In this document: in pieces, positions 62,801 through 64,000 of the stretch
How positions within the stretch are numbered: position 1 is the first letter of the stretch
How the letters are laid out: the number at the start of each line of letters is the position of its first letter
Origin: Tubulanus polymorphus
Taxonomy: Eukaryota; Animalia; Nemertea
Length of the DNA stretch: 64,000 nt
Assembly (NCBI RefSeq): GCF_964204645.1
Contig: NC_134033.1
Coordinates: 13,462,655 to 13,526,654, forward strand
Reading direction: 5' to 3'
The notes under the pieces: model-generated
What the model saw: the letters and a program-made list of their open reading frames with translations, nothing else
Told to the model about the DNA's origin: nothing
Databases searched by the model: none
Made by a program: the position numbers and the translations under genes

Positions 62801-64000
62801 TGTCGTCTCGGTGCTGACCGATGTCGATGTGTCCACCGTAGTGGAGCTGACAGTCGAGGATGAAGTAGACGAATCCGTTGGTGATGTCGTATCGGTGCTC
62901 ACCGAGGTCGATGTGTCTACCGTAGTTGATGTGTCAGTCGAGGATGAAGTAGACGAATCCGTTGGTGATGTCGTATCGGTACTCGCCGAGGTCGATGTGT
63001 CTACCGTAGTGGAGCTGACAGTCGAGGATGAAGTCGATGAATCCTTCGGTGTTGTCGTCTCGGTGCTCACCGAGGTCGATGTGTCTACCGTAGTTGATGT
63101 GTCAGTCGAGGATGAAGTAGACGAATCCGTTGGTGATGTCGTCTCGGTGCTAGCCGATGTCGATGTGTCTACCGTAGTGGAGCTGACAGTGGAGGATGAA
63201 GTAGACGAATCCGTTGGTGATGTCGTCTCGATGCTCACCGATGTCGATGTGTCTACCGTAGTTGATGTGTCAGTCGAGGATGAAGTAGACGAATCCGTTG
63301 GTGATGTCGTCTCGGTGCTCACCGAGGTCGATGTGTCTATCGTAGTGGAGGGTTCAGTCGAGGACGAGGTAGACGAATCCGTTGTTAAGGTCGTATCGGT
63401 GCTCGCCGAGGTCGATGTGTCTACCGTAGTGGAGGTTTCAGTCGAGGACGAAGTAGACAAATCCGTTGATGAGGTCGTATCGGTACTCACCGAGGTCGAT
63501 GTGTCTACCGTAGTTGAGCTGACAGTCGAAGGAGAAGTAGATGAAATGGTTGGTGATGTCGTTTTGGTGCTAGCCGATGTCGATGTGTCTATCGTGGTTG
63601 ATGTGTCAGTTGAGGACGAAGTAGACGAATCCGTTAGTGATGTCGACTCGGTGCTCGACGAGGTCGATGTGTCTACTGTAGTGGATGTGTCAGTTGAGGA
63701 CGAAGTAGTCGAATCCGTTGGTGATGTCGACTCGGTGCTCGACGAGGTAGATGTGTCTACCGTTGTTGAGCTGACAGTCGAGGACGAAATAGACGAACCC
63801 GTTGGTGATGTCGTCTCGGTGCTCGCCGATGTTGATGTGTCCCTCGTAGTGGACGTGTCAGTCGAGGACGAAATAGACGAAACTGTTGTTGAGGTCGTAT
63901 CTGTGCTCACCGGGGTCGATGTGTCTACCGTAGTAGAGCTGGCAGTCGTGGATGAAATAGACGAATCCGTTGCCGATGTCGTCTCGGTGCTCGCCGAGGT
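41715..64000 (-). CDS. Giant transmembrane SEA/EGF mucin, gene A (3' part; MUC3/MUC12/MUC17-like architecture). Exons: >64000-43684, 43602-43481, 43383-43322, 43248-43058, 42974-42779, 42638-42465, 42385-42271, 42100-41879, 41804-41715
   Basis: The 6743-aa minus ORF is S/T repeats. Eight downstream exons join through GT-AG introns (81, 97, 73, 83, 140, 79, 170, 74 nt) with matching phases 1,0,2,1,2,2,0,0. They give a stop-free 390-aa C-terminus: SEA, Cys-rich/EGF, TM, tail. Confidence 0.92.
41879..42100 (-). CDS. Gene A cytoplasmic tail exon 2
   Basis: TTTTTCAAAG| HVNTDASSLSLERDMGRMSFSRFSWYSMASSRQTRRPSPSLPREIDDDADSDMYNYFDTLFGGVESSSVDRKEQ |GTATGA; 222 nt; overlaps track ORF 41873..42058. Confidence 0.75.
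42271..42385 (-). CDS. Gene A cytoplasmic tail exon 1
   Basis: TTTTGTTTTAG| (S)NLHRDPLSVEALFWRQINEETRIPRPQLSTTGRYNLPL |GTGTGT. The donor was chosen because it restores phase 0 with the next exon. Confidence 0.7.
42465..42638 (-). CDS. Gene A exon: end of EGF domain, transmembrane helix, basic stop-transfer motif
   Basis: TTTGCAG| CNEPYTGSECSAQSVVASSEQNVIAISLGAVFGVLLIAIIFTVIIIFVRRRKKRQQS AG|GTGACC. Confidence 0.92.
42779..42974 (-). CDS. Gene A exon: 4-Cys module plus first part of EGF-like domain
   Basis: TTCGTAG| KSHKSNPIDPCYRVNPALCPLGYKCANPANRSTQLNIKCEDRCYGVTCSGNGACYTSHASGEPYCV |GTAAGT. Confidence 0.9.
43058..43248 (-). CDS. Gene A exon: SEA domain part 3 with G^SVI autoproteolysis motif
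   Basis: TTCTTGGCAG| NGSVIYQYIVEYNSSVLLRYLKDNDNVDLIEYLDNIVLPRLISNNFSIEQYKVDRNWTKKNFI |GTAAGT; overlaps track ORF 42975..43199. Confidence 0.88.
43322..43383 (-). CDS. Gene A exon: SEA domain part 2
   Basis: TTTCAG| VGNEHYGLSPPISRIVTLGLS |GTAAGT; 62 nt, phase 0 to 2. Confidence 0.82.
43481..43602 (-). CDS. Gene A exon: SEA domain part 1
   Basis: TTCAG| SYLQTTSVGPFSVKINRSWNPAFSDNTSREFDVFEHIARHA |GTGAGT. Shows the typical SEA pattern F..I.N..W...F.D..S.EF. Confidence 0.88.
43684..64000 (-). CDS. Gene A giant mucin-repeat exon (>=20.3 kb, 5' end outside window)
   Basis: ORF 43679..63910 plus continued open repeats to the edge. It ends ...TQTPSPRYVPISDI with a phase-1 donor ATAA|GTTAGT. Confidence 0.9.
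43720..64000 (-). repeat. Coding tandem array A: same 84-bp unit, about 240 copies, more diverged, with 81- and 87-bp variants
   Basis: Same consensus as array B; extra variant units (TTSPTSVTTS, TSPSSMTT, SSTTDT, STVSSTVDT). Confidence 0.97.

Overview
Eukaryotic (metazoan, probably invertebrate) genomic DNA with short 73-170 nt GT-AG introns and an AT-rich spacer; the taxon cannot be fixed from this window. About 56 of the 64 kb are two arrays of one 84-bp (28-aa) tandem repeat, both coding on the MINUS strand for Ser/Thr/Asp-rich mucin domains (consensus STSSSTDTSTTVDTSTSASTETTSPTDS). Gene A (right) enters from beyond 64000. It has a >=20.3 kb repeat exon ending at 43684, then eight small phase-compatible exons that I reconstructed by hand: SEA domain with G^SVI cleavage motif, Cys-rich/EGF modules, transmembrane helix and a ~150-aa tail, with the stop at 41715. 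This is a MUC3/12/17-like membrane mucin architecture. Gene B (left) starts at ATG 35778 with a signal peptide and stays open for >=11,926 codons past the left edge; the ORF track misses it. The 5.9-kb spacer holds a decayed C-type lectin exon, a ~250-bp (TA)n tract and a G-quadruplex motif. The huge plus-strand V/D/E ORFs are antisense shadows of the repeats.
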